Below, piece by piece: positions 38,538-48,521 of a stretch of 64,000 bases of DNA. The position numbers and the translations under genes were made by a program. The notes below the pieces were generated by a model. It was not told the origin of the DNA and searched no databases. It saw only the letters and a list, made by a program, of their open reading frames with translations. The stretch is from Candidatus Nanoarchaeia archaeon (GTDB lineage: Archaea; Nanobdellota; Nanobdellia; Woesearchaeales; DATDTY01), in the NCBI GenBank assembly GCA_035290625.1, contig DATDTY010000051.1:4008-68007 (forward strand), given 5' to 3'. Each line of letters starts with the position of its first letter. Within the stretch, counting starts at the first letter, position 1.

Positions 38538-39761
38538 TCAGAGCTTATGATTCATCTTCAGTTTTTTTGTCTCAAGGTATTTCTGGTTGATCTCATTCGG
38601 CTTGGTTCTTAGAGGGATTGCCTTTTCAACCTCAATCCCGTATCCCTTAAGCTGCTCCTCTTTTTCCGGGTTGTTTGTGAGCAGCCGGATGCTTTTCACC
38701 TTGAGGTGCTTGAGCAGTGCGGCTGCAGGCAGATAGTCCCTGCTATCCGCCTCAAAGCCAAGCTCGATATTTGCGTCATGCGTATCCTTTCCCTTGTCCT
38801 GGAGGCTATAGGCTTTGATTTTCTGCACAAGGCCAATCCCCCTCCCTTCCTGGTTCAGATAGATGAGAAGCCCTGCAGGCTCTCTCTGGATCATCTTCAG
38901 CGCCTTCATCAGCTGCTCCCTGCAATCGCACCGCAGCGAGTAGAGGGTCTCTGAGGTAAAACAGCTCGAATGAACCCGTACAAGGACGTTGGAATCATCC
39001 ACCTTCCCTTTAGAGAGCACAACGATCTCCTGGCCTGCAACAGAAAAGACGCTGATCTCAAAATCCCCGTACAGCGTTGGAAGCTTGGATGATGCCTCAC
39101 GCACAACTGAGAGCTCAGACTGCCTGTCAGCAAAGTATTCCTTAAGCCCTGTGACTGAGGGGAGTATTCCGTCTGCGTTCCCAAAATGCTCTTCTTTGTG
39201 CCATCCGGTCAGGACTCCAATAAATGGGATCTCAGCATTCTTTGCAGTTTCCAGATCATGGACGCTGTCTCCAACATAGACGACCTGATCAGGCCTCAGC
39301 CCATACCTCTCAAGAAAAACCTGAAAGATCATCTTGCTGGGCTTTTCATATCCCAGATCTTCTGATCCCTGGATGCTGCTAAAATACTCCTTGGGGATCC
39401 CTGTCTGGCTCAGCAGGGTAATAAGGCTTTCTCTGGATCTTGAGGAAATGATGTGGAGAGCATACCCTGCTTGCTTGAGGAATTTGAGGGTCTCTGAAGC
39501 GCCTTCAATCTGCCTCCTCGGAAATTCCTTTGCTATCTCCAGATAGGTCTGCTTGAAAAGCTCAGGATGCGCCCTTGGCCAGAGCTTCCGGATGATGACT
39601 TCCCAGGGCTTGCCGAACTGGGATGCAATCTCCTCATCTGTTGGAATGCGAAGATCAAGCTTCTCTGCTGCCTTTTTATGGCTTTCTAACCCTATCTCTT
39701 TGTATTGGATAAGAGTATCATCAAAATCAAAGACGATCGCCTTGATGGTGTTCTTGTTCAT
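38538..39761 (-). CDS. ribA: Fusion protein: HAD-superfamily phosphatase domain plus GTP cyclohydrolase II (RibA)
   Basis: N-terminal FDFDDTL (HAD motif I) and GDSVHD (motif IV). The C-terminus has the RibA zinc motif CFTSE...RCDCREQ, YLNQEGRGIGL and LLTNNPEK. Confidence 0.75.
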   Translation of the reverse strand: MNKNTIKAIVFDFDDTLIQYKEIGLESHKKAAEKLDLRIPTDEEIASQFGKPWEVIIRKLWPRAHPELFKQTYLEIAKEFPRRQIEGASETLKFLKQAGYALHIISSRSRESLITLLSQTGIPKEYFSSIQGSEDLGYEKPSKMIFQVFLERYGLRPDQVVYVGDSVHDLETAKNAEIPFIGVLTGWHKEEHFGNADGILPSVTGLKEYFADRQSELSVVREASSKLPTLYGDFEISVFSVAGQEIVVLSKGKVDDSNVLVRVHSSCFTSETLYSLRCDCREQLMKALKMIQREPAGLLIYLNQEGRGIGLVQKIKAYSLQDKGKDTHDANIELGFEADSRDYLPAAALLKHLKVKSIRLLTNNPEKEEQLKGYGIEVEKAIPLRTKPNEINQKYLETKKLKMNHKL

Positions 39762-39874
39762 GGTAGCTGTTCCAGTCCTATCTCAGTCCTATCTCCTGTC
39801 TATCTGTTGTCCTTTACTTAATATCTTCTATTTGCTGTCTTCTCGTATTTGGTATCTTCTAGGTACTGTCTCTT

Positions 39875-40951
39875 TTATTTGCCGTCCTGCCTGTAGCGTG
39901 CAGTAATGAGGAGATCTGGCCCAAAGCGCTGGACATCCTGAAATTCAAGGCCAATTGCATTGCTGATTTCAGGGATCCTGCCCCCCATCACCGATATGCC
40001 GTCTCCCAGGAGCTTTGGGACAACGATGAAGTAAAAAGCATCCACATGCCTTCCCTTGATGAAGGATGTGAAGACCTTTGAGCCGCCCTCAACAAAGAGG
40101 TGGCTGATGTTCCTTTGCCCAAGCTTCTCCAAAAGATCCGTAATGTCTATGCCAGTTCCGCTGCGTTTGCACAGCAGAACCTCTGCCCTTGCCGTAAGGA
40201 GCTCTTGTTTCTCTTTTTTTAAATCTTCCGGAACTGCGATGATGGTCCTGCCAGGCTGGCTGAAGATTCTTGCCTCAGGGAAAATATCCCCTGAATGTGA
40301 CAATACGATCCGGGTTGGATAGTATACCATTTCAGTTCTCGCGCTAAGCTGAGGATTGTCCTCCCTGACAGTGCTGGCTCCAACAAGGATGCCATCAATA
40401 GTATTCCGAAAATCATGAACCCAGAGCCGCGACTGCTCTGAGCTTATCCACTGGGAACTATGAGAAACTGTTGCAATCTTGCCATCAAGTGTTATGGCTG
40501 CCTTTAATGAGACATACGGAAGCCCTGTGGTTATCCATTTGAAGAACGGAGCATTGAGAGCCTTGGCTTGCTCCTCTGCAATGCCGCATACCACCTCTAT
40601 TCCTGCATCCCTGAGTTTCTGCAGTGATTTTCCATTGGTTTTGGGATTTGGGTCTTTTGTTGCAACAATGACTTTTTTGATGCCTGAATCTATGATCCTG
40701 TCAACACAAGGAGGAGTTCTCCCATAGTGAAAACAGGGCTCAAGATTGACGATCATGGTTGCGCCTTCTACTGATTCTGTGCAGGCGTTCAGACAATTGA
40801 TCTCTGCATGAGGCTCTCCAGCTTTTTGGTGGTGTCCTTTCCCGATTATCCTTCCATTTTTGACAATCAGGCAGCCGACATAGGGATTAGGATGGGGGAA
40901 ACCTTGCCTAGCAAGCTCCAGAGCCTGCTCCATGAGTTGGGTGATATCCAT
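39875..40951 (-). CDS. ribD: Riboflavin biosynthesis deaminase-reductase (RibD)
   Basis: Deaminase zinc motif HAEINCL...LEPCFHYGRTPPC, then a DHFR-like reductase half. The probable start is MDITQLMEQALELA. The ORF-track start at 41029 would overlap the upstream gene by about 120 nt. Confidence 0.75.
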   Translation of the reverse strand: MDITQLMEQALELARQGFPHPNPYVGCLIVKNGRIIGKGHHQKAGEPHAEINCLNACTESVEGATMIVNLEPCFHYGRTPPCVDRIIDSGIKKVIVATKDPNPKTNGKSLQKLRDAGIEVVCGIAEEQAKALNAPFFKWITTGLPYVSLKAAITLDGKIATVSHSSQWISSEQSRLWVHDFRNTIDGILVGASTVREDNPQLSARTEMVYYPTRIVLSHSGDIFPEARIFSQPGRTIIAVPEDLKKEKQELLTARAEVLLCKRSGTGIDITDLLEKLGQRNISHLFVEGGSKVFTSFIKGRHVDAFYFIVVPKLLGDGISVMGGRIPEISNAIGLEFQDVQRFGPDLLITARYRQDGK

Positions 40952-41825
40952 GAGTGCTATGATCTCCAAGCATGATGAGCACAGCCTCAGCAGCGCGCTG
41001 TGCATACTCCTTGTGGCGCTGCACTGCAAGCTCCCATGTAATTCTTGGGCCTACGATTCCGAGGCCGATTGGCTTCCCATATGCAATCGCAAGGTCTGCA
41101 ATCTTTCTGGCAGCATTCTCTCCAACAATTCTGTCATGATCTGTCTTTCCTTGGATGACAACTGCGAGCGTGACAATTCCATCAACCTGCTTGACAAGCC
41201 TCTGGCAGGCAAGCGGAACCTCAAATGCTCCAGGAACGTGAACAGCCTGAATACGGCAACCATGGTTTTTCAGGACATTGGCTGCAACCTCAAGCATTGC
41301 GTGGGTCAACTCGCTGTTGAAGTCAGAGACAACAATGCCTATGCTGAGCTGCCCCCCTTCTTTATCCAATGGCCCGGCATGCTCCCTGCCCTGCCTCCTT
41401 CCTTTGCCTGCAAAAGGGGTTAACGCGGTTTTTCCCTTCAGCAGCTCGAGAGCATTCAATGCGTGCTTGATCGTCCTGTCTTCAAAAATACTGATGAGGT
41501 CTTTGGCGTCCCTGCCCTCTTCCTCATGAACAACAACTTCCAGGATATGGGTATTCGTGAGGAGCTGAACTTGCTGGATTCCGAGAGAGGCTTCATGGCT
41601 GCACTGTTTGTCAATCTGCTCCTTTCCAGCCATGCCCAAACAAAGCACAAGAGTGCACTTTTCCTCCTCAATCAGCTTCTTTGCGGCAACAGGCAGGTCC
41701 TTGATTCCAGGGACGGTGGTGCGCTCAATCTCGATGCCAGGAGCCTGCTCTCGGATAGTCTTGATCGCCAGGCCCCCCATGTCATACCTGCTGAACGTGG
41801 TGTCTGCAATGCCGATCTTTGCCAT
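40908..41825 (-). CDS. Fusion of archaeal-type riboflavin synthase (RibC, MJ1184-like) and 6,7-dimethyl-8-ribityllumazine synthase (RibH)
   Basis: N-half MAKIGIADTTFSRYDMGGLAIKTI...VPGIKDLPVAAKKL...LTPFAGKGRRQG closely parallels archaeal RibC. C-half IGIVVSDFNSELTHAML...VHVPGAFEVPLA...VVIQGKTDHD is a lumazine synthase. Confidence 0.75.
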   Translation of the reverse strand: MAKIGIADTTFSRYDMGGLAIKTIREQAPGIEIERTTVPGIKDLPVAAKKLIEEEKCTLVLCLGMAGKEQIDKQCSHEASLGIQQVQLLTNTHILEVVVHEEEGRDAKDLISIFEDRTIKHALNALELLKGKTALTPFAGKGRRQGREHAGPLDKEGGQLSIGIVVSDFNSELTHAMLEVAANVLKNHGCRIQAVHVPGAFEVPLACQRLVKQVDGIVTLAVVIQGKTDHDRIVGENAARKIADLAIAYGKPIGLGIVGPRITWELAVQRHKEYAQRAAEAVLIMLGDHSTHGYHPTHGAGSGAC

Positions 41826-41915
41826 AGCCTCATGAGAACTCGTTCTACTTAAAAATGTTTGTGTACTCAGGAATGAGTAGAAATGATGCACGCAACCTCT
41901 CCTGCGTTACAAGAT

Positions 41916-42275
41916 TCACTCTTGGTAATACTCCGTCCCTAACGCCAGGCTAATCTCTGCCTTCTTCAGCTCTTTTCCGATGTAGGCTATGTGGTCCTTG
42001 GCAGTAAACCACTTGAGGTTATGCTTTTTCTCATATTCAAACAGTTTTGTATAGATGCCCTGGGCCTTGCTTCCGATCACTTCAAGGAGGATCTCATGCT
42101 TGTAGTTGCAGACCGCCAGATGGATTTTCAGCGTATCGAATTTCGGCTTGATCAGGACATAGCAGCCAGGATCTGCCTTGAAGTCCTTATAAGGATCATA
42201 AGGAGCGCATTCTATCTTTTCAAAAGAATCTGCTACGGTCTTGTCCTTGACCCAGGTCGGGCGTTCATCTGCCAT
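41916..42275 (-). CDS. Hypothetical protein (119 aa), last gene of the nrdJ-cobA operon
   Basis: Same strand, 85 nt after cobA. No motif recognised. Confidence 0.35.
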   Translation of the reverse strand: MADERPTWVKDKTVADSFEKIECAPYDPYKDFKADPGCYVLIKPKFDTLKIHLAVCNYKHEILLEVIGSKAQGIYTKLFEYEKKHNLKWFTAKDHIAYIGKELKKAEISLALGTEYYQE

Positions 42276-42360
42276 AGAGGATAAGTGGTCGAGGGGGGTT
42301 TTTAAATGTTATGGACGAAAACTCTTCCCTAAATGCCCGAAGTACGAGGAACCACTATTT

Positions 42361-42894
42361 CTAAAACTCAATCCCTTTCCTGCCAGTCTCTCCCTTATCG
42401 AAGTAGTGCTTCAAAGGCTTCATTTCAGTGACAAGGTCTGCCATCTCGCAGAGCTGCTGAGGCGCCCCTCTTCCTGTGAGGATAATATTCAGCCTTTCCG
42501 GCTTTTGCTTGAGGAGCTCAACAACATCCTCGACCCTGATCAGATTGAGGGTGATGGCCACATTCACCTCATCAAGGACAAGGAGATGAAGCTCAGGATC
42601 CTGCATCTGCTCACGCGCAAGGTGAAGCGCTTTGTACGCCTCCCTCTGATGCGTCTCGAGAGGGTATTTGTCATCCAGAATTCCCACAAAGCCCTTTCCC
42701 GACGCATAGATCGTCACATGAGGATTCAGGAGGACAGGGATGGAATCCCTCTCTCCTGTATGCCAGGTTCCTTTTACAAACTGGATAACACAGGATTTCA
42801 GGCCATACCCTGCAGCCCTCAGGCAGACCCCGAGGGAGGCTGTTGTCTTTCCCTTGCCGTCTCCTGTGTAGATGTGGACGACTCCTTTTTTCAT
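42361..42894 (-). CDS. cobA: Cob(I)alamin adenosyltransferase (CobA/CobO/BtuR family)
   Basis: IYTGDGKGKTTASLG P-loop near the N-terminus, the size and pattern of ATP:corrinoid adenosyltransferase. ATGA overlap with nrdJ. Confidence 0.8.
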   Translation of the reverse strand: MKKGVVHIYTGDGKGKTTASLGVCLRAAGYGLKSCVIQFVKGTWHTGERDSIPVLLNPHVTIYASGKGFVGILDDKYPLETHQREAYKALHLAREQMQDPELHLLVLDEVNVAITLNLIRVEDVVELLKQKPERLNIILTGRGAPQQLCEMADLVTEMKPLKHYFDKGETGRKGIEF

Positions 42895-44894
42895 GGTGCT
42901 CCTGAAGTGTATACCTGATCTGACCTGCTTCCATCACGGTATACAGTAATCCCCTTGCAGCCGGATTTATAGGCAAGAAGGAATGCGTTTTCGATATCTT
43001 CGATGGATGCACCGTTGGGGATATTGATGGTCTTTGAAATAGAATTATCCACATATTCCTGGAAGGCTGCCTGCATCCTGATATGCCACTCAGCTGGGAT
43101 TTCCATTGCTGTGACAAAGACCTTCTTCATCTCAATGGTAAGGTTCTTGGTTTCCTTGATGTTGCCTGTCTGGCAGACTTGGCTGATGAGCTCCTCTGAA
43201 TACAGATCCTTCTCCCTGAGCGCCTGTAGGAAATATTTATTTACGATCACTGCTTCCTGGTCTCCCATCAGCTTCCGCTTGTAGGCCAATGCATAGACCG
43301 GCTCTATCCCAAAGCTGGTTCCTGCCAGGAGGCTGCGGGAACCTGTGGGGGAAATTGTTGTTATGGTTGCATTGCGTATCTTTTTGCTCCGATAGCTGGA
43401 GGTCTCCCATAACGGAAATGGCCCTTTCTCTTCTGCAAGCTCTTCAGAAGCAGTCCGGGCTCCCTTGCGTATGGTCTGCATAACCTTCTTGCCAGTTTCC
43501 AGGCCAAGCTGGCTGTTGTAGGGAATCCTCATCTGATAGAGCATATCTGCAAAGCCGAGAATCCCAAACCCGATCCTCCTCAGCTCCTTTGTCCGTGTGG
43601 TCACAGCATTGAGCGGAAGCTTGCACGCATCAACCGCATTATCAAGGAAACGGACTGCGATAGGCACAGCTTCCTCCAGCCTGTCATAATCAACCTCCTT
43701 GTCCTTGACAAATTTGCTCAGGTTGAGCGCTCCAAGCGGCACCCCTTCATAGGGAAACAGGGGCTGGTCTCCGCACGGGTCTGTGGTCTCAATCCTCCCT
43801 ATCTTTTTTAGCGGATTGTCTTTATTGATCGTGTCAATGAAGAGTATCCCCGGCTCGCCATTCTTCCATGCCATCGTTGCAAGCAGATTAAAGGTCTGCC
43901 GGGCTGAGTTTCTTCCCACAACTTTCCCTGTTGCCGGGCTCATCAGGTCATATTGCTCATCCTTCTCCAGCGCCTTCATGAACGCATCAGTGATCTCAAC
44001 GCTGAGGTTGAAATTTGTGAGCTTATTTTCTCCCTCCTTCGCTGTGATGAAGTGGATGATGTCAGGGTGATGGACACTGAGGCTCCCCATGTTTGCGCTT
44101 TTCCTGTTTCCCGGCAATTTTGTCAGCTCAGTTGCATGGTCAAAAAGCTCAAGGAAATCAAGCGGGCCATGCGCATAGCCCTTCATGGTGGAAAGGATTC
44201 CTCTTGGCCGTATTTTTGAGAATGAAAATCCAATCCCTCCCCCAACCCTCTGGATCAGCGCCTTTTCATAGAGCGTCTTGAAGATGTTCTTCATCGAGTC
44301 TTCAAGCGGCAGGACAAAGCAGCTGAAGAGCTGAGAGCTTTCTGTGCCTGCCTCAGCAAGGATCCTCCCCCCAGGGATGAATTCAAGCGAATTCAGAACT
44401 GAAAAGAATTTTTCTTCTATCGGCTTTGCATCATTGCCATATCTCCGCTCAACTATCGCCATTGCTTTGGCAACCCGCCGGAACATTTCAACAGGGGTCT
44501 CAATCGTGTTGCCCTCCTCGTCTTTCAAGAGGTACTTCTCCCTTGCGATCCGAAGCCCGTCGTTGTCAAAGGGAGCATCGTCCTCCTTCAGGCCCTTGCG
44601 GAGCTCTGCGTGCTTCTGCCTGTAGAGGATATACGCCTTTGCCGTTTTTGGAAATCCCTTCTCCATCAAAGCCTCTTCTACAGTATCCTGGATCTCCTCT
44701 ACTGCAGGGATAGAATTCTTGTGGAACTTCTTATTGATCCTTTCCGTAACTGCATCAGTCACTGCCCAGGCCTGTTGCTCCGAACCCTCATCCGTTGCCT
44801 CAAAGGCCTTGTCCAGAGCCTTTGCTATTCGCGCCTTGTCAAAGTCAGCGATAGAGCCGTCCCGCTTGCGTATTTTTGAGATTCCCTCTGCCAT
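42891..44894 (-). CDS. nrdJ: Adenosylcobalamin-dependent (class II) ribonucleotide reductase
   Basis: N-terminal ATP-cone-like region and the active-site TDPCGDQPL (C-G-[ED]-Q loop). 667 aa, no separate small subunit. Confidence 0.85.
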   Translation of the reverse strand: MAEGISKIRKRDGSIADFDKARIAKALDKAFEATDEGSEQQAWAVTDAVTERINKKFHKNSIPAVEEIQDTVEEALMEKGFPKTAKAYILYRQKHAELRKGLKEDDAPFDNDGLRIAREKYLLKDEEGNTIETPVEMFRRVAKAMAIVERRYGNDAKPIEEKFFSVLNSLEFIPGGRILAEAGTESSQLFSCFVLPLEDSMKNIFKTLYEKALIQRVGGGIGFSFSKIRPRGILSTMKGYAHGPLDFLELFDHATELTKLPGNRKSANMGSLSVHHPDIIHFITAKEGENKLTNFNLSVEITDAFMKALEKDEQYDLMSPATGKVVGRNSARQTFNLLATMAWKNGEPGILFIDTINKDNPLKKIGRIETTDPCGDQPLFPYEGVPLGALNLSKFVKDKEVDYDRLEEAVPIAVRFLDNAVDACKLPLNAVTTRTKELRRIGFGILGFADMLYQMRIPYNSQLGLETGKKVMQTIRKGARTASEELAEEKGPFPLWETSSYRSKKIRNATITTISPTGSRSLLAGTSFGIEPVYALAYKRKLMGDQEAVIVNKYFLQALREKDLYSEELISQVCQTGNIKETKNLTIEMKKVFVTAMEIPAEWHIRMQAAFQEYVDNSISKTINIPNGASIEDIENAFLLAYKSGCKGITVYRDGSRSDQVYTSGAP

Positions 44895-44925
44895 GTTTCC
44901 CCTATGTGCAGGAGGTGATGGCTGT

Positions 44926-46053
44926 TTAAAAATGTTTTGAACAGAAGGGCTCAGGTGAAAGCCGAATCTGGATGAGGGGGGCTTCCTGCTTATATCTCTT
45001 ATAGAGGTTTGTTATTCTTCTCGACCTCTCTTTAATGATTTGCGAAGAAAGCTGCATCAGAGTTGCTGCTTTTGTCCCTGGCCTTGAGGAAAAGGTTGAG
45101 ATATTGAGCACTTCCGGTCTGATTTCCTTGATGAGGCTGCACGTTTCCTGGAAATCCTCCTCGGTCTCTGTGGGATATCCAACAATGACGTCGGTTGCAA
45201 CAGTAATGCCTGGAAATTCTGACCTGAATTTTTTCACAGCCTCCCTAAAGCTCTCCACAGTATGGATCCTCTTCATGTCCCGCAGCACTTTTTCTGAGCC
45301 TGACTGCACGGGGATATGGAGGAACTTCATTATTTTTTCTGACCGGTATGCTTCCAGCAATGGTTCCGCAATTCTCCGCAAATGCCATGGATTCATCATG
45401 CCTACTCGGATCTTGTAGTCTCCCTCAACAGTTACCAGCTCGTTGAGCAGCTCAGGCAATGAAGTGTTTATATCAAAACCGTAGCATCCATTGTCCTGGG
45501 AAGTGATGTAGATGGCTGCGCGGCCTTGTCTCACCGCAATTTCAAGTTCCCGCTTAATGTCTCCGATCCTATAGCTCTGCAGCATGCCCCTTGCCAGCTT
45601 TGTTGCGCAGAATGCGCAGGTGTTGAGGCAGCCTTGGGATGTTTGGATGATTGCAATGCCGTTTTTCTTTCTGAGTGCCGGCACGTTGATCCTTTCTTCC
45701 TTTTTGCCTGAAAAAACATCATGAGGATTTTCAACAATGTCATTGATTTTTAGTATTGAATTAGTGTCAAAGACAGCAGAGAGGTCAGGTATTTTTTTCC
45801 GGAGATTGAGCGTTTTGGTGAGGCATCCGCCGATGATTATTTTTTTGGGTTTTTCATTTTTTAAGTGGGTATTGAGATAATTCAATATCTTTGACTGGGT
45901 TGCGTTCTTGACTGAGCATGAGTTTACGATAATGGCATCTGCATCAGATTCGTTGGCAACAAGGGTATGGTTATTGGCTTTAAGAAGGCCTGCCATCTGC
46001 TCGGAATCTGCAATGTTTGCCTGGCAGCCATACGTTTTGATGAAGATGTTCAT
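44926..46053 (-). CDS. Radical-SAM methylthiotransferase (MiaB/MtaB-like)
   Basis: MTTase N-domain KTYGCQAN, the radical SAM motif CLNTCAFCATK and a C-terminal TRAM-like region. Confidence 0.8.
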   Translation of the reverse strand: MNIFIKTYGCQANIADSEQMAGLLKANNHTLVANESDADAIIVNSCSVKNATQSKILNYLNTHLKNEKPKKIIIGGCLTKTLNLRKKIPDLSAVFDTNSILKINDIVENPHDVFSGKKEERINVPALRKKNGIAIIQTSQGCLNTCAFCATKLARGMLQSYRIGDIKRELEIAVRQGRAAIYITSQDNGCYGFDINTSLPELLNELVTVEGDYKIRVGMMNPWHLRRIAEPLLEAYRSEKIMKFLHIPVQSGSEKVLRDMKRIHTVESFREAVKKFRSEFPGITVATDVIVGYPTETEEDFQETCSLIKEIRPEVLNISTFSSRPGTKAATLMQLSSQIIKERSRRITNLYKRYKQEAPLIQIRLSPEPFCSKHF

Positions 46054-46085
46054 AAGAGGTAAAGATAGCTGTCAATTTAAAAATT

Positions 46086-46424
46086 TTATTGGTCTCTTCT
46101 GGCCTTAGGAGCATACTCTGAGATCATTTGTGCTATCCCAACAGCTCCAATCGCGCCTATAATCGCAGCTGTTCCATACAATACTGCCTCATTCGAGTAG
46201 AGTTCCCAGGGGATGCCGGTTTCTTCAGGATGGTAGATGCTTCTCTCGAAGAGGTACTGTTGCTGCTGTCCCTGTCTCGCCTGAGTGGCGTAGGTGCCAA
46301 GAAGGCAGGCCATTCCAGAACCAACACAACACGCTTTGATGAGTAATGCATCAAGCAAGGCTTTTTTGAGCTCTCCGGAATTCCAGGAGGAGTTTATTCT
46401 CTCTAACAGATTCAAAATGGTCAC
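46086..46424 (-). CDS. Small membrane protein (hypothetical)
   Basis: 112 aa with two hydrophobic segments, 4-nt overlap with gltX. Confidence 0.3.
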   Translation of the reverse strand: MTILNLLERINSSWNSGELKKALLDALLIKACCVGSGMACLLGTYATQARQGQQQQYLFERSIYHPEETGIPWELYSNEAVLYGTAAIIGAIGAVGIAQMISEYAPKARRDQ

Positions 46425-48079
46425 CTGTGCAAATACCAGAACGAGAGCTTGTTTTTATCTTTTTTGTCTAATGTGCAGAAGCCGAAGCGCTCGAACTGGA
46501 TAATATCTCTTTCTTTCAAGGCAGTTACTCCTTTCTCAGCCAGTCCCTTTCGCCGCGACCCGTCAGGCATGACCACCTCTGCCAGAGGCAGGCCTTTCTC
46601 AACAGGCAGGTAATGAAGCATGCCGTCTCCCTTATATTTTTCATGCTCCCTGCTGTGGAAATTGAATCCTTTCTTCTTGACAAAATTCAGGCAGCCCATC
46701 AGGCGGTAGATCTTGCCTCTCTTAAGGCTCTTGTAATCGCCCGGAGTGATATAAAAGGCATCCTTTGTAGTGAAGACCCTGCCTCCCTTCTTATTGGTAG
46801 GATGCAGGTCAAGCTCCCTGCTGAACACTGGCGCTCCCTCAACGACAATCTTTTTTGGCGCCTCAACAAAGAAATACCGGTGGGCAAGGGGATCGATGAT
46901 GTCTTTGTTGAATGCATTGAGTGTTTTCATAAATTCTTCCAGCGAAACCGTCTTGTCATGGCTGGTGACTCCCATCTCCACTGCATATTTTATGATTGCG
47001 TCAGCCTGGTAGCCTCTTCTCCTGAGCGCCTGCAGGAACGGCAGCCTGATATCATCCCAGCCGGTGTATTTCTTCTTGCGTATCAGCTCCGCAGTAGTCC
47101 TTGTCGAAAGCTTGAGGTTAGTAAAATTAATCTTTCCGATATACAAGTGCTCAGGCATCATCCAGCCCATCGAGTTGAATATCCATTCCTGCTTCTTCTC
47201 ATTGTCTGCATGGTCCTTTGCCCGGATGGTGTGCGTGATTCCTTCATCATGGTCATCAACAGCAACTGCCAGATTGAGGAGGGGCCAGACCCTGAATTTC
47301 TTCCCGGTCCGTGGATGCTTTGCTGTCTTGATGCGTGCTAAAGGAAAATCCCTGAGCGAGGGATTAGGATGCGTGAGATCTGCCTTCATCCTGACAACAA
47401 AAGAACCTTCCTTTGCATTGCTCAGCATCTTTTCCCAGCGTGCCAGGCTTTCCTCGCCATATCTGCAGGGGCATGCCTGCTGGTTATCAAGGAGCTTCTT
47501 GAACTTTGCAGGCTTGCATCCGCACACATAGGCATGGCTGCTGCTCAGGAGCGTTTCTATAACCTCATAATACCGCTGCAGATTATCGGACTGGATGATA
47601 AGCTCTTTGATATTGCCTTTTGTGATCCAGTTCGCATCCTCAGGGATGAGCTTGTATGCCTCCTCCCGGATCGCTTCAGGGTTTGTGTCCGCTATCCTCA
47701 GGATGAGCTTGCCATTGTATTTTCGGCAGTACTCGGAATTAAGAGTGAGTGTATATGCATGGCCGATGTGGAGCGGTCCTGAAGGCGAGGGCTCAAAGCG
47801 CATAATTACCTCTCCAGGCTTGGCATTGATGAGCTGACCGATCCCTTTAGGCTCCTCCAATCGCTCCTTTTGCGGAATCTGCACAGCCTCCAGCTTTGCT
47901 TTTGAGAGGCCATTGACCTTGTGGATGGCTGAGTGTATCTGCTTCAGCAGCCCCGGGATGTCCTTCTTGAGCTCAGGATGCTCTGCCAGGATCTTTCCGA
48001 GAACAGCCTCAGGCCTTGCTTTGCCGAATTTGGCAGCATTCACCAATGCATGCTGCTCGATTTCCTTGATAAGAGACAT
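46421..48079 (-). CDS. gltX: Glutamyl-tRNA synthetase (archaeal/eukaryal GlxRS type)
   Basis: HIGH motif PSGPLHIGHA and a KMSKS-like LKLSTR. 552 aa. Confidence 0.85.
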   Translation of the reverse strand: MSLIKEIEQHALVNAAKFGKARPEAVLGKILAEHPELKKDIPGLLKQIHSAIHKVNGLSKAKLEAVQIPQKERLEEPKGIGQLINAKPGEVIMRFEPSPSGPLHIGHAYTLTLNSEYCRKYNGKLILRIADTNPEAIREEAYKLIPEDANWITKGNIKELIIQSDNLQRYYEVIETLLSSSHAYVCGCKPAKFKKLLDNQQACPCRYGEESLARWEKMLSNAKEGSFVVRMKADLTHPNPSLRDFPLARIKTAKHPRTGKKFRVWPLLNLAVAVDDHDEGITHTIRAKDHADNEKKQEWIFNSMGWMMPEHLYIGKINFTNLKLSTRTTAELIRKKKYTGWDDIRLPFLQALRRRGYQADAIIKYAVEMGVTSHDKTVSLEEFMKTLNAFNKDIIDPLAHRYFFVEAPKKIVVEGAPVFSRELDLHPTNKKGGRVFTTKDAFYITPGDYKSLKRGKIYRLMGCLNFVKKKGFNFHSREHEKYKGDGMLHYLPVEKGLPLAEVVMPDGSRRKGLAEKGVTALKERDIIQFERFGFCTLDKKDKNKLSFWYLHR

Positions 48080-48166
48080 GGGCGGTTTGATATGATTTCG
48101 GTATTTAAATTTTGGTATTTTGCTGTTCTAGAAAGATATTAAAATGACACGGATGCTCCGCTTTCT

Positions 48167-48442
48167 ATGAAGTATTCCCTCTTTGTGTATGAAGAAACAC
48201 AGCACAAAGTGTATTTTGCCATAGAGGGAAGCAATCAGAAAAAGGTTCAGGGAAATACTCTGGAACAATTAGCAGCCGAAGCGGCAATTCGCCAAATTGA
48301 GGCGAGGGATATTGAAGACTCAGTTGAGGAGGGGTTGCTCAAGCATGTGCAGAAAATGTATAGGATTACAGATTCTATCCGGGCAGCCACTCCAAAAGAG
48401 ATCATTGCTTTGAAGAAGGCGATGGGCAATCAAAAGATTTAA
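48167..48442 (+). CDS. Hypothetical protein (91 aa)
   Basis: Intact ORF, no motif recognised. Confidence 0.3.
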   Translation: MKYSLFVYEETQHKVYFAIEGSNQKKVQGNTLEQLAAEAAIRQIEARDIEDSVEEGLLKHVQKMYRITDSIRAATPKEIIALKKAMGNQKI

Positions 48443-48521
48443 ATAGCCGTCCTGTTCAGGACATGCTACACAAAAACCAGGGGTTTTCTTCTTCGTGAAG
48501 AAAGCCCCGGTTTCTTTATAG

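Noticed and set aside
40908-41891. N-terminal 22-aa extension of the RibC-RibH ORF
   Set aside because: The conserved RibC N-terminus begins at MAKIGIADTTF. The upstream codons have no counterpart.
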